A stretch of DNA of 64,000 bases from a virus. The stretch lies in the IMG/VR virus record IMGVR_UViG_3300021963_007958; one strand, given 5' to 3'. The position numbers and the translations under genes were made by a program. The notes under the pieces were generated by a model. It searched no databases, was not told the origin of the DNA, and saw only the letters and a program-made list of their open reading frames with translations. This document shows positions 1-10,143 of the stretch, in pieces; the stretch's first letter is position 1; every line of letters begins with the position of its first letter.

Positions 1-2
1 TA

Positions 3-1151
3 AATCTTATCGATGTGGATCTCGAATGGCTCTTCAAATTGAAGACCAAAAGGATCGAAGTTTATCTTATTATCTGGAAACTGGTTCTGTGGAACCATCA
101 CCTTTATACACTTCTCATCGACAACATCGTAGAGGGTAAATTCTTTTAGTATAACATCTTTGGATCTGGACTGTGCCTGAACCGAATAGTAATTTACTTC
201 CCAACCGAACAACTTGTTAACAGAAAGACTTAGATCTTGATATAAATTCAGGGCAGAATTTACTGCATATGGATTAAAAGTTATCTGTGTGCAATCGTTA
301 TTAAACACCACTGGTCTATTACTTCTCTCCTCAGAGCAAGTTGGTACCGGAGGTTTAATGATTGAATTGGTCGGATCTACAGTGGGATTGCTCGGACCTT
401 CTGTTCCAGAATAGGTAACGTCAAGGTCAAAGTCAATAATGATAATCGAGGGAGAAATTGGGGAATCTCCGCTATACCCTAGTGTCCCATCATTGTTAAC
501 GTAGGTCGAGGTAAATCTAAACTCCGGGTAAAATGGAAGAGAAGGATCTAGCTCTATAATAAAAATTTCGGATTTTTCGTTGGATGTATAACTTGCAGAG
601 ATTCCGGTAAGAGCTGTTCCAACATTAGTCCACAGAGACCAACTTTCCCCATCAACACTATATCTAAAATCGATAGAAATGTCTTGTGAGTCCAAATCTA
701 CCTGATCAGTAGAAGTGTTAATAGAATCTATAATCCATCCATTCAGACTGGAGACATTTTTATATGGCTTATCCCAGCTAAGAACTCTATAGCTTCCGAT
801 GTAAGTAAAATTGAGGGCAGAATCAATTTGCTCCTTTCTTCTTGCAAGCCATTCTTCGCCAGTTAGATCGATAAATCCATCTCCGCAAGGTGCATAGAAG
901 TATGCAGTTCCACCTGCTGGATAAGGAACCCCCTGAATATGATATCCATTGCATCCGATCTGAACTGCTCTTGCCAGAGCTGCTTCTGGGGTAGAATAAA
1001 GATTGTCTGTGCTAGTTCCAGGAGGTTTATTGGTATTATCCCTCCCATCCTGATAAGCGTATCTAGGGTCGGAGATGTCGTACTGCTCCCCATTGCCGTT
1101 ATAGACCGGCTGTCCTTCTTTAGGAAATCTGTTATCAGGATAGAATGTCAT
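3..1151 (-). CDS. Neck/head-completion protein (T4 gp14-like C-terminal part) with long N-terminal extension; runs off window edge
   Basis: Absent from the ORF track (open to edge). Partly hand-translated from ATG 1151: MTFYPDNRFPKEG...YSTPEAALARAVQIGCNGYH...LFGWEVNYYSV...FDPFGLQFEEPFEIHIDKI. The FGxxVxY...FGLQ pattern resembles gp14-type neck proteins; GATATATA box 20 nt upstream. Confidence 0.55.
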   Translation of the reverse strand, partial: MTFYPDNRFPKEGQPVYNGNGEQYDISDPRYAYQDGRDNTNKPPGTSTDNLYSTPEAALARAVQIGCNGYHIQGVPYPAGGTAYFYAPCGDGFIDLTGEEWLARRKEQIDSALNFTYIGSYRVLSWDKPYKNVSSLNGWIIDSINTSTDQVDLDSQDISIDFRYSVDGESWSLWTNVGTALTGISASYTSNEKSEIFIIELDPSLPFYPEFRFTSTYVNNDGTLGYSGDSPISPSIIIIDFDLDVTYSGTEGPSNPTVDPTNSIIKPPVPTCSEERSNRPVVFNNDCTQITFNPYAVNSALNLYQDLSLSVNKLFGWEVNYYSVQAQSRSKDVILKEFTLYDVVDEKCIKVMVPQNQFPDNKINFDPFGLQFEEPFEIHIDKI

Positions 1152-1171
1152 TTTACTGAATATATTCCTTC

Positions 1172-1179
1172 TATATATC
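1172..1179 (-). promoter_or_regulatory. GATATATA late-promoter-like box
   Basis: Recurrent intergenic octamer, here 20 nt upstream of ATG 1151. Confidence 0.6.
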
Positions 1180-1192
1180 CAGTCAAAAAAGA

Positions 1193-1582
1193 CTACACCA
1201 CAGAGGTGTGGTTCCTTCCATCGTTCCAGTAACTCTCATCTCCGTACCAAATGAAGATTTCCTCCCCGGCAATAATGTCTCTATTTGCGATAAATTTGAA
1301 AGTTCTTCTGTCAAGATCAGAAACCCAATATGCATTTGCAGGGTCTGAATGATTATATAAAGAACCATATCCCCAAGAAATAACCTGCTCCTCCCACTCT
1401 GTTCCCTGTGGCCAATTAAATCTATAGTCGATTAAAAGAGAGGAAGATTCACCCTTCTGAATCGGGAGGGGAAGCACAGGACACTCCTCAAAGACTTCCC
1501 CTTCTTTTATGTTCTCTTTAGCAAAAACCCCCCAGCCATGGATTGGACTTCTATCAATAAATATTTTAAAGTTGTGGATCAT
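1193..1582 (-). CDS. SET-domain protein (lysine methyltransferase-like)
   Basis: SPIHGWGVFAKENI...YNHSDPAN...RDIIAGEEIFIWYG: canonical SET motifs. Confidence 0.9.
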   Translation of the reverse strand: MIHNFKIFIDRSPIHGWGVFAKENIKEGEVFEECPVLPLPIQKGESSSLLIDYRFNWPQGTEWEEQVISWGYGSLYNHSDPANAYWVSDLDRRTFKFIANRDIIAGEEIFIWYGDESYWNDGRNHTSVV

Positions 1583-2379
1583 AGATTAAAATAGTCTTTT
1601 AGTCCTTCTTCCAAAGACCATCGGGAAGTCCAACCGGACATCCATTTCTTTGGATTGCTACAGGTATAAAATTGGTATCCCTGAGGGATTACGGACTGGT
1701 CTAGATATCCATACGGAATCCCCATAATCTCCATTACGTCTTCAAAGGGTCTTGCCACCCCAGACCCAACTTCATAATATCTTCCCTCTAGAAGACTATA
1801 GTTCTCCATGGCATGAATATTGGAAGAGACTATATCTTTCACATAAACGAAGTCTCTTCTAGGGTTCTTCGGAAATAAATTTATATTCTTTCCTTCAGAG
1901 TGTAATACGGACATCTGATAAGCAACCGATGCCATCTTGCCTTTATTTTCTTCACCCGGGCCATAAACATTAAAATATCTAAGTGCAATTCCTCCATTGG
2001 AGATCACATAGTCTTCTGCTGCATATTTACTCCATCCATATAAATTAGAGGGATATTCATCATTTATTCCGTAATTAGCAGCTGACGAAGAGTATACCAG
2101 GGGGACTTTCTCAGAAGAACAGAGATTTGAGAGGTGCTTGGTGAACTCGTAGTTGACCAACATCATGTAGTTAACGTCGGTTTCTAGAGTATTGGAACAC
2201 GCACCGACGTGGAAGACTGCGGAAATATCTAGCCAAAAGTGCTTAGAGACTTCGTCCCTCCAATTAACAGTTTGGAAAATATCCTCGTTAATTTCTATGA
2301 TATCATACTTGGAATCTAGCTCTCTTTTAAGATTAGACCCAATGAATCCTTTAGTTCCGGTTATTATTATTTTTTTCAT
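1579..2379 (-). CDS. hldD: ADP-L-glycero-D-manno-heptose 6-epimerase-like SDR
   Basis: IITGTKGFIGSNL, FHVGACSNT, YSSSAANYG, YGWSK, LRYFNVYGPGEENKGKMASV, RRDFVYVKD, YQFYTC. Confidence 0.8.
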   Translation of the reverse strand: MKKIIITGTKGFIGSNLKRELDSKYDIIEINEDIFQTVNWRDEVSKHFWLDISAVFHVGACSNTLETDVNYMMLVNYEFTKHLSNLCSSEKVPLVYSSSAANYGINDEYPSNLYGWSKYAAEDYVISNGGIALRYFNVYGPGEENKGKMASVAYQMSVLHSEGKNINLFPKNPRRDFVYVKDIVSSNIHAMENYSLLEGRYYEVGSGVARPFEDVMEIMGIPYGYLDQSVIPQGYQFYTCSNPKKWMSGWTSRWSLEEGLKDYFNL

Positions 2380-2390
2380 TTCATTTCATT

Positions 2391-3221
2391 TTATTTATGT
2401 GCAATACAGATTCCATTTTCTCTAAAACTAATAAACCCTTTAGAGATTACAAAATTATTTATTTCTTCTCTTTTCTCCGTTGACAAATTATTATATTCAA
2501 AGACAATTAAATCCAAATGAGAATATTGATCATCAGAGAGACTATACAGAAGTTTATCGTCTATACCTTCAACGTCTAGATGGACCCACTTTGTATCCTG
2601 CGTGATTAGATCAGAGAATTTAATAGAGCTTCTTAGTGTGGAGGTTATCTCTTCAGTTTCCCACGACTCAATTACTGTTTTTTCTACGGAATTGGTATAA
2701 CCCTTTCCTCCTTCATAGAAAATAGTGTCTTCTCCATTATCCGTTACCAATTCATTAACAAAAGTTAAATTATCATAACTGGCATAGTTTTGGGAAAGCT
2801 CAGTAAATTGTTTTTCGCTAGCTTCTACTAGAGTAATATGGGCTAATTTATCTAGAGCTACAGGAACCCATTCACCAAATTCACCGCTATGTGTTCCTAC
2901 AACAACACCCTTTGAATTTGGGTTTATCTTACAATAATTCCACAGTTTTTGATACGGAAAGGTTCCGTTAGTAACAACATTCCATCGGTGGGTAAAAAGG
3001 TGGATCCCACAATTGTCTTTAACAATCACATCAATCATCTCAGTATCGGGAAATGTTGCCCAGCTATTGGAATTTAATCTCGTATCCCATATTTTCTTTC
3101 CATTAACTTGCCTCACAAAATCAAAGTGTAGGGGTAGTTGTTCACTGCTAAAAATCCCATTTAGATTATGGGTTTCTATTCTGATGCTGTCCGTACTATA
3201 ATTTATCTTAAACATTTTCAA
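2391..3221 (-). CDS. FkbM-like SAM methyltransferase with N-terminal extension
   Basis: VVVGTHSGE...LVEAS...HLDVEGID...IVFEY. Confidence 0.6.
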   Translation of the reverse strand: MKMFKINYSTDSIRIETHNLNGIFSSEQLPLHFDFVRQVNGKKIWDTRLNSNSWATFPDTEMIDVIVKDNCGIHLFTHRWNVVTNGTFPYQKLWNYCKINPNSKGVVVGTHSGEFGEWVPVALDKLAHITLVEASEKQFTELSQNYASYDNLTFVNELVTDNGEDTIFYEGGKGYTNSVEKTVIESWETEEITSTLRSSIKFSDLITQDTKWVHLDVEGIDDKLLYSLSDDQYSHLDLIVFEYNNLSTEKREEINNFVISKGFISFRENGICIAHK

Positions 3222-4179
3222 AGTAACTTATATTTCTAATAATTTCTTCGTGTTCACTAGAATAATCAATACCGTCTATTATTAATCGTTGAACACTTAG
3301 AGAGTCTTTTTCTATCTCTATAAATTTATTAGAGTTCAATAAAAAATTATAGCTTAACCCGTCACAAAAAACATCAACCCCTTTAGATACTTTTATGTCA
3401 TAGAAAAATAACCGTAACTTAGAGTCTAAGATTTCCATTACTGGAGGACTACCCTTCCAAGTTTCACAGGGTTCATTTTTATTGATAAACAATTTATAAT
3501 CGGGGCACTTAGAATAATCGAAAAAATCGAAATCTTCCCAATAATATATTTTGTCTTTAATGGGGTGAGGAGATATTTTGAGAGGTATTTCTTTGGCCCA
3601 TTTTAAGGCTTGTCCTTCAGCAACCCCATTACTATCCAAGTATGTTTTTCTGTCGATCATAGGTAAAATATCCTCCATCCTTTTTCTATCAAAAATCATA
3701 AGATGTAAAGTGGCTTCCCATAATTCATTAGGGTCGTTAGGATTAATTCTTGGGTGTATCAAATTACATTCATTAGAAAGAATTTCTCTTTCAATCTCAG
3801 AGTCAATTTCTAAATCATAAATTACGTGATAAAATAAATCATAGTCATAGTTTAAAGCTATTTGACTTAATCTCTTAACTTGGTTTAAGGCTGCCCATCC
3901 GTAATCTGCAATGTTTCTATGCATTTTTATAAATCCTTCCTCGTAAGAAATTGTCTTCCAAAAAGTGAAAGCTCTCTCTGGCCAAATTAGTAGAGGATTT
4001 TCTTTAGTGAAATAAAAATAGTCACACAATCTGATAACTTCCTGAGGGATTTCTATAAAATTAGGGCCGAGGCACATAACATCAAGTCCTAATTGTTTTA
4101 ACCGAATAATGTTTTCCCTTAAAATTTTTTGTTTTTCTGCTGTGTTACAAAAAGTGCTAATTAGGGCTAATTTTTTCAT
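3208..4179 (-). CDS. Putative glycosyltransferase (paralog family with 5666 and 7188 genes)
   Basis: Shares N-terminus and HxIxxD motif with two neighbours; lies in glycan island. Confidence 0.45.
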   Translation of the reverse strand: MKKLALISTFCNTAEKQKILRENIIRLKQLGLDVMCLGPNFIEIPQEVIRLCDYFYFTKENPLLIWPERAFTFWKTISYEEGFIKMHRNIADYGWAALNQVKRLSQIALNYDYDLFYHVIYDLEIDSEIEREILSNECNLIHPRINPNDPNELWEATLHLMIFDRKRMEDILPMIDRKTYLDSNGVAEGQALKWAKEIPLKISPHPIKDKIYYWEDFDFFDYSKCPDYKLFINKNEPCETWKGSPPVMEILDSKLRLFFYDIKVSKGVDVFCDGLSYNFLLNSNKFIEIEKDSLSVQRLIIDGIDYSSEHEEIIRNISYFENV

Positions 4180-5669
4180 AACATAAATTTAAATCTATAA
4201 TCTTTTTTAACTCCTAAGATTTCTTCAACACTTTTTTTAGTTACAATAATACAATTCTTGTAATGTGTGATCGATTCAATATTTTGGCGATTTTTAACAC
4301 TACTAAAATCGGAGTTTATTTTGTGTGGAACCGAAGAAAAATAATCAATAATATTGTAATTACCAATCTCATATCCATATATTGTTTCTTTGGGATTCCA
4401 GTAGTTACATTCAATGTCTTCAATAATATAAACCCCGCCTTCTTTTAGCATATTTTCAAATAGATAATTGAATGATTCTATTTGGTGTTGTGGCTGGTGA
4501 CTTCCATCATCAATAATAACATCGCACTGACCTATCAAATTAATCATTCTTTCCAAATCTTCAATCTTACTTTGGTCACCTTTATACATAATACCTCTTT
4601 CTTGATTTCTTTCTTCGGAGATATCCATAGCGTAAATCATACCATTTTTAAAATATTCAATCCACATTCTAAAAGAGGCCGCTTCACTACCAGAACCAAT
4701 CTCAAATAATTTTATTTTTTTATTCCTTAGTGGTTCTAAAAACTTTTCATAAATTCTATCATATCTATGTTCCAACACTTTATCTGTATTGTATTTTAAG
4801 CCAAGGCCATACATATCACTATTGTCTTGATTTCCAAGAATAATATTTACAACCTCATCAATAGCTTCTTTATAATCACTATATGGTCTAACACAGTTAA
4901 CATCAATATAAAACCCTTGTTTTAATTTTTCTATATCATATACTCCATATTTTTTTTGGTTCTCTATTTCACCATCCCATTTTAATTCCACAGGAAAGTT
5001 ATGCCTTTCTATTCTTCTTGGCGTTAAAAATTCTGTATAATGACCTCGTTTTAATTTAATAATCTCTACATCGTGTTGATTATTATTTACACAATCCGAA
5101 AAATAAAACTCGTCAATCAACCACATAATTTTATAGCCGTCTTTATGATTTGAGTGTCTATTCATAAATTCATCAAAAGAACAATCAGAATTTAATATTT
5201 TTGTGAAAGTTTTACCTTTGGCCACATTATACACATACCCGTACATCTCTTGTTTAAAAGGTAGTGGTTCTTTTACGAATAATTCGTTTGATTCGGGCCT
5301 GCTAAAATCATAAGCGTCACTCGACATTATAACGAAAGAGTCGTCCGGGTAGTGTTTTAATTGCTCAATAAAATAGTTTTTATTTATCATCAACATATCT
5401 AAATCCCCACATACACAAACATCCTCAGGAAAATATTTGGTACCGAACATTCTGACTGTGCAAGCTTGAATTGCAGTATGAATTCCTTGGACAGATTTGA
5501 TATTTTTTACTAATCCGTTTCCATCGTTATAGAACTCACTATCTTCATCAGAAATTTTAAAAAGAACCGGTTCCCAACCAAATAATTCTCGACACAATTT
5601 AGCTTGAATTGGCCAAAACTCTAAAAAGTAGGAGTTATCACTTGCGAATATTATTTTTTTTATCTTCAT
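4176..5669 (-). CDS. Fusion of GT-like domain and sugar O-methyltransferase-like domain
   Basis: N-terminal GDLDML (DxD); C-terminal TDK..HRY..IYEKF, FEIGSG, DVIIDDGSH, GGVYIIEDI. Confidence 0.65.
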   Translation of the reverse strand: MKIKKIIFASDNSYFLEFWPIQAKLCRELFGWEPVLFKISDEDSEFYNDGNGLVKNIKSVQGIHTAIQACTVRMFGTKYFPEDVCVCGDLDMLMINKNYFIEQLKHYPDDSFVIMSSDAYDFSRPESNELFVKEPLPFKQEMYGYVYNVAKGKTFTKILNSDCSFDEFMNRHSNHKDGYKIMWLIDEFYFSDCVNNNQHDVEIIKLKRGHYTEFLTPRRIERHNFPVELKWDGEIENQKKYGVYDIEKLKQGFYIDVNCVRPYSDYKEAIDEVVNIILGNQDNSDMYGLGLKYNTDKVLEHRYDRIYEKFLEPLRNKKIKLFEIGSGSEAASFRMWIEYFKNGMIYAMDISEERNQERGIMYKGDQSKIEDLERMINLIGQCDVIIDDGSHQPQHQIESFNYLFENMLKEGGVYIIEDIECNYWNPKETIYGYEIGNYNIIDYFSSVPHKINSDFSSVKNRQNIESITHYKNCIIVTKKSVEEILGVKKDYRFKFML

Positions 5670-6640
5670 TTGAAACTAAATTTTTTGAATTTTTCTTTAT
5701 CCTCTTTAAAGGAGAATTCACTTTTTATTTTATTATTTAAAATAACAGTTAAAGACTCAGCATTTTTGTAATCATCGATTGTAATTATTTTCCAATTATT
5801 TTTTGGGATGTCTCCAATATTGATTAATTGGTTATCATTATAAATTAATCTAACATTAATGACATCATTTGTGTGTTCCATATTCCACACAACAAATTCT
5901 AATTTATCTAAATCTCTGTTGTAAAAAGGTAAACACCAAGCTGTGTTGGTAGAGGCCAATTTGCCATGAGTTAAACCAAAATCATTATCTTGTAATAAAT
6001 CGGACTTAGATTTTACATAATAATTTTCAGAAAGTTTTAAAAGTTGTTGAAGCATGACCTCGGGAGTTTTATTAGTAGAATAGAGTATTTGACTCTTTAA
6101 ATAAGACTCATTTAATGTTAATAAATCTTTTGGGAGACTATCCAATTTATATGCTTGATAACTTCCAAATAAAACATCATTTAACACATCTTTATCGTTA
6201 ACATAAAAAATACTATCGTATGTGTCCAACAATTTAGAATTTTCAATTAGTTCCGAAAAATTATTAATAGATGAATCAAATTCAATATGATGGATTTTAT
6301 TATACCCCAATCCTTTGGCAAAAGAATTACCTAATATAATCATCCTCCAAATAGCCAACTGTTTGTTATACTCACCAGTAAATATGGATTGTATAGTGCC
6401 ACTATTGCCAGGATAAAAATATTGAAAGTCTCTAAATTCCCAGTCATAAATAAGTTCATTTTTATAATCGTATATACTATAATGACATTTTTCCTGAATA
6501 TCTTGGGGGATAGTAGTATGTGATACAATTAGTATATCAAAATATTCTTTTTGTAAATTAATTTGAATGACAAGATTTCTTAAAGTTTCTTGTTTATCTA
6601 AAGTATCGGAATAATTAGATATTAGAATTAAATCTTTCAT
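5666..6640 (-). CDS. Putative glycosyltransferase (paralog family)
   Basis: Start reassigned to ATG 6640 (ATGA overlap with upstream stop; MKDLILI matches paralog); [11 protein letters not shown]. Confidence 0.5.
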   Translation of the reverse strand: MKDLILISNYSDTLDKQETLRNLVIQINLQKEYFDILIVSHTTIPQDIQEKCHYSIYDYKNELIYDWEFRDFQYFYPGNSGTIQSIFTGEYNKQLAIWRMIILGNSFAKGLGYNKIHHIEFDSSINNFSELIENSKLLDTYDSIFYVNDKDVLNDVLFGSYQAYKLDSLPKDLLTLNESYLKSQILYSTNKTPEVMLQQLLKLSENYYVKSKSDLLQDNDFGLTHGKLASTNTAWCLPFYNRDLDKLEFVVWNMEHTNDVINVRLIYNDNQLINIGDIPKNNWKIITIDDYKNAESLTVILNNKIKSEFSFKEDKEKFKKFSFK

Positions 6641-7185
6641 AAGAATTTTTCTATAAAATTGTCGATATTGTCGGACCACATATTCATCGCATTATCTCTA
6701 ATTTTTTGTTCCTCCCAGTTCCACCAAGCAATTGATAAAAGTTTTTCAATTTGTTCTTCAGTGAATCTATACTTAACAATTTTAGCAGGATTACCTGCAA
6801 CAATTGCATAAGGGGGAACGTCTTTGGTAACAACAGAGCCCGCAGCAACAACTGCACCATTTGAAATTTTAACCCCCGACATTATTGTGGCGGTCGCCCC
6901 AATCCAAACGTCGTTTTCGATAATTATATCACCTTTACAAGATGGGTGTCCCATATCCATGTGCATCTGAGCAATCTCATGATTTACTGGTCCCCAAAGC
7001 TGGGATGAAGTTGTGATCCAATCGGGTCTATGGTTTGCATGCAAAAAGAAATTACAATCTCTACCTATTGAGTTGTACTTACCTATTCTGACGTGATATT
7101 GGTCGCTCCATGATATTATATTAACGTTTCTATCGAAATATGTTCCTCTATCGGAGTGCCACAAATGTATGTTTTCTATACTCAT
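6637..7185 (-). CDS. CatB/Vat-like hexapeptide-repeat O-acetyltransferase
   Basis: [51 protein letters not shown]. Confidence 0.9.
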   Translation of the reverse strand: MSIENIHLWHSDRGTYFDRNVNIISWSDQYHVRIGKYNSIGRDCNFFLHANHRPDWITTSSQLWGPVNHEIAQMHMDMGHPSCKGDIIIENDVWIGATATIMSGVKISNGAVVAAGSVVTKDVPPYAIVAGNPAKIVKYRFTEEQIEKLLSIAWWNWEEQKIRDNAMNMWSDNIDNFIEKFL

Positions 7186-7187
7186 GA

Positions 7188-8183
7188 CTAAAAAGATTCT
7201 TTGTGTCTAAAACTGATTTTTTTAAAAATTTCTATTTCTTCTTCTGTATCCAAGCTAAATTTATCTTTAACTTCTTCGTCTTCAATAACTAATATACGTT
7301 TGATATCTTTAATATCACCTAAGTCTACTATCCTCCAGTGATCGAGCATAGTTAAGGGAACATTAACTACCTTCTCGTCATTGATGATGATATTGTACTT
7401 AACCCCTTTTTCTTTTTTGGTATTCCAAATTATGAAACCAACAGTGTCCTCCAATTGATCATAAAAAGGAACCCCCCAGGGAATGAATTTAACTCCAACC
7501 TGACCATCTACAATTCCAAATTTGTTACAATCTGTGTTTAAACTAATCCTGGATTTTTTGTACACCTTTCCCATTTGTTCTATGAGTCTCTGTAGCATCA
7601 ATTCCGGAGATTTCGATTCTGAATTACGAATCATATCCTTTATTTTTTCCTCATCTAGTATAATCAAAAAAGGATTAATATTAGGGACAAAATAAGACTG
7701 AAAACTGCCAAATAAGATGTCGTCAACTGTATCTTGACTGTCTATATAAATCACAGAGTTATGCTCACCAAGTAGCTGAGAGTTATGTACAAATTCATCA
7801 ACACTAGAGATTTCGCAATCATACTCGATGTGATGAACTTTGCTATAGCCCATATTTTTAGCCATCGAAAATCCCATAATCATCATTCTCCAGATGGCCA
7901 GGTGTGTGTTCTTTCTGCTTAAAAACGAAGACTGAATTCTTCTCTCGTCGTTGGGATTAAACCAGGGCTGATTTAATAGATCCCAGTCGGTTAAGATTTC
8001 GTTTTTGCTGTCATAAAAGCAATAATTAACTTTTTTCTGGATGTCCAGAGGAACGGGGGTATGGCTAACAATTAAAGTATCGAAAGTATCTTTAAACCTT
8101 GTTAGAGAATTTACTAAATTTCTTAAAATAATTTCTCGATGTTCATCGGGACAGTATGTAGTAATTAAAATTAAGTCCTTCAT
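7188..8183 (-). CDS. Putative glycosyltransferase (paralog family)
   Basis: [10 protein letters not shown]..., [19 protein letters not shown]; aligns by eye with the 5666 gene. Confidence 0.5.
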   Translation of the reverse strand: MKDLILITTYCPDEHREIILRNLVNSLTRFKDTFDTLIVSHTPVPLDIQKKVNYCFYDSKNEILTDWDLLNQPWFNPNDERRIQSSFLSRKNTHLAIWRMMIMGFSMAKNMGYSKVHHIEYDCEISSVDEFVHNSQLLGEHNSVIYIDSQDTVDDILFGSFQSYFVPNINPFLIILDEEKIKDMIRNSESKSPELMLQRLIEQMGKVYKKSRISLNTDCNKFGIVDGQVGVKFIPWGVPFYDQLEDTVGFIIWNTKKEKGVKYNIIINDEKVVNVPLTMLDHWRIVDLGDIKDIKRILVIEDEEVKDKFSLDTEEEIEIFKKISFRHKESF

Positions 8184-8761
8184 TTCTTAATTTTTTTACT
8201 CGGTACCCCCACATAGATACCAGGCCTAGTTATGTCCTTTACAACTGCTGAATTCATCCCTATCTTAACAAGGGACACAATTTTAATTTTTTCCCTAATA
8301 TTTGAACAACTTCCCATATAAACAACATCTCCAATTGATACATTCCCACCAACAACAGAACCCGGCATAGCACTAAAAAAATCACCAATCTGGCAATCGT
8401 GCCCTATGTGATTACCTCTGTTCAATAGTGCGTGTTTACCCAATTTAATATTTGAAGTTAGTATCGAGTATGCACCGATAAAACTACCTTCTCCGATTTC
8501 AATATCGTTACTCATAATTAAAGCCGTTGGATGGATCCAAGTAAAATACTTTGTTTCTTTTGGTAATCTTTGTATTATATCAAACCTATCCTTTGAATCA
8601 GCAACTGCAACCATTAAAACATATTTTTTCGGATTGAATTTTGATAATGGTTGTGTTCCTTCAACTACATACTCATCGTCCACAAAACAAGTAAGTTTTA
8701 CCCCCATCTGAGCCATAACCTCACGGGCGTGACCTCCATAGCCAACTAAAGCTTTTTTCAT
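8180..8761 (-). CDS. PglD/NeuD-family sugar acetyltransferase
   Basis: GYGGHAREV, IHPTA, IGHDCQIG, hexapeptide repeats, YVGVPSK. Confidence 0.88.
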   Translation of the reverse strand: MKKALVGYGGHAREVMAQMGVKLTCFVDDEYVVEGTQPLSKFNPKKYVLMVAVADSKDRFDIIQRLPKETKYFTWIHPTALIMSNDIEIGEGSFIGAYSILTSNIKLGKHALLNRGNHIGHDCQIGDFFSAMPGSVVGGNVSIGDVVYMGSCSNIREKIKIVSLVKIGMNSAVVKDITRPGIYVGVPSKKIKK

Positions 8762-9402
8762 TTTTTGTATACATCAAATTGAGATAGATCCGGGTATGGT
8801 AATTCTAAATCTTGGTTGTGTTTCTTAGTCCCATCAAGATTATAGAATTGATTCATTAGTAATAATCCTCTTGTTGCAAGTTCTGGCATCATATAAAAAT
8901 TCCAACCTAACATATCAAGGTTATCATCATGATATGAACATTCACGTCTTCCACTATATCTTGCTCTTTTAAACCAATGGTAAGCATCTAAACTATCAGT
9001 CAAAATCGCCCCGCCTTTACTTAATTTAAAATGTTTATATGGACCGGTAAAAGAAACACACATGTGACTACCTGGTCTATACATGTCCGCAGTAAACGAC
9101 AAAGCAGAATCCCAAACATTTGAACCGATTAGCTGGTACGCTCCTTTTATTGTTCTACCTTCAACGGGTATGAAATTTACTTTTAAACCAGCATGTATAA
9201 TTTCACACGGAACAGATGGATATGTTCTATTCGGGATTGAAATTTTATCTCCCTTGATTGACTTAACTATATTTTTTTCATAGTACAACGCCAAGAATAA
9301 AGCGTTACTCATGTTATCAAGGGTGACAACATAAGGTGCTCCTGTGTATCTTCCAAGTTCTTTTTCAAAATCGTCTGTTATCTGATAAACTCCGTTAGCC
9401 AT
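8758..9402 (-). CDS. Short DegT/DnrJ/EryC1-family PLP aminotransferase
   Basis: FEKELGRYTG, VWDSA, SFTGPYKH (PLP lysine), GGAILTD, GWNFYM. Confidence 0.75.
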   Translation of the reverse strand: MANGVYQITDDFEKELGRYTGAPYVVTLDNMSNALFLALYYEKNIVKSIKGDKISIPNRTYPSVPCEIIHAGLKVNFIPVEGRTIKGAYQLIGSNVWDSALSFTADMYRPGSHMCVSFTGPYKHFKLSKGGAILTDSLDAYHWFKRARYSGRRECSYHDDNLDMLGWNFYMMPELATRGLLLMNQFYNLDGTKKHNQDLELPYPDLSQFDVYKK

Positions 9403-9414
9403 ATATCTTTAATA

Positions 9415-10143
9415 TTAATTTCTATTATCTATGTGGATTATAACCTGTCGGTAATACTCCAAAAAATGATCATTCCACAAATCCCACTTTATGTCAATAT
9501 TATCTACTGAATAAATTTCGTAATTCTGAAATTTGGATAAAAAACCGTCCCTGAACTGTCTAAATTTTTCAATGTAGTTGTGTCCCTGTAGTTGTAGATG
9601 CCACTCCCCTGTAATTTTTTTAACATTTGATTTAATCCAATCTAGATTTTCTAAAGTAAATATATCAAATTCTCCCCCTTCACAATCCGTTTTTAGAAAA
9701 TCAATTTTTTCAATCCCGTATAGATTGATAAACTTTTGAAAAGTAATTGACTCCATTTGGGCTTCACCCCCAAATAAGTGGTCATTCCCAACTATAGAAT
9801 TTACACTAGAAATTCCCTTTGGGATTGGTACTACCGGGTAACCTTTGGTGTTATTAACCAGAGTTTTAAACTCCCGTTCGCTTGGTTCGAAACAAAATAT
9901 CTGTTTAGGGTTTTTATGCAATACTGAATATGCAAAAGGTCCTACGCTTGCTCCTATATCGAGAACAACATCTCCTTCCTCTACTTCGAAGAATTTTTCG
10001 TAGCACTTATCTACAAATATTTCCTGTATGATCGAGTCTTTATGATATTGTCCCATCCCTTTATGTGAACCATCGGACATTATATGGTAGGTGTCAGAGG
10101 GCTCGTCCATCCAACCCCAATTGAAATTTGTTAAGTCTATCAT
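9415..10143 (-). CDS. FkbM-family methyltransferase
   Basis: VVLDIGASVG, CFEPS, IDFLKTDCEGGE. Confidence 0.85.
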   Translation of the reverse strand: MIDLTNFNWGWMDEPSDTYHIMSDGSHKGMGQYHKDSIIQEIFVDKCYEKFFEVEEGDVVLDIGASVGPFAYSVLHKNPKQIFCFEPSEREFKTLVNNTKGYPVVPIPKGISSVNSIVGNDHLFGGEAQMESITFQKFINLYGIEKIDFLKTDCEGGEFDIFTLENLDWIKSNVKKITGEWHLQLQGHNYIEKFRQFRDGFLSKFQNYEIYSVDNIDIKWDLWNDHFLEYYRQVIIHIDNRN

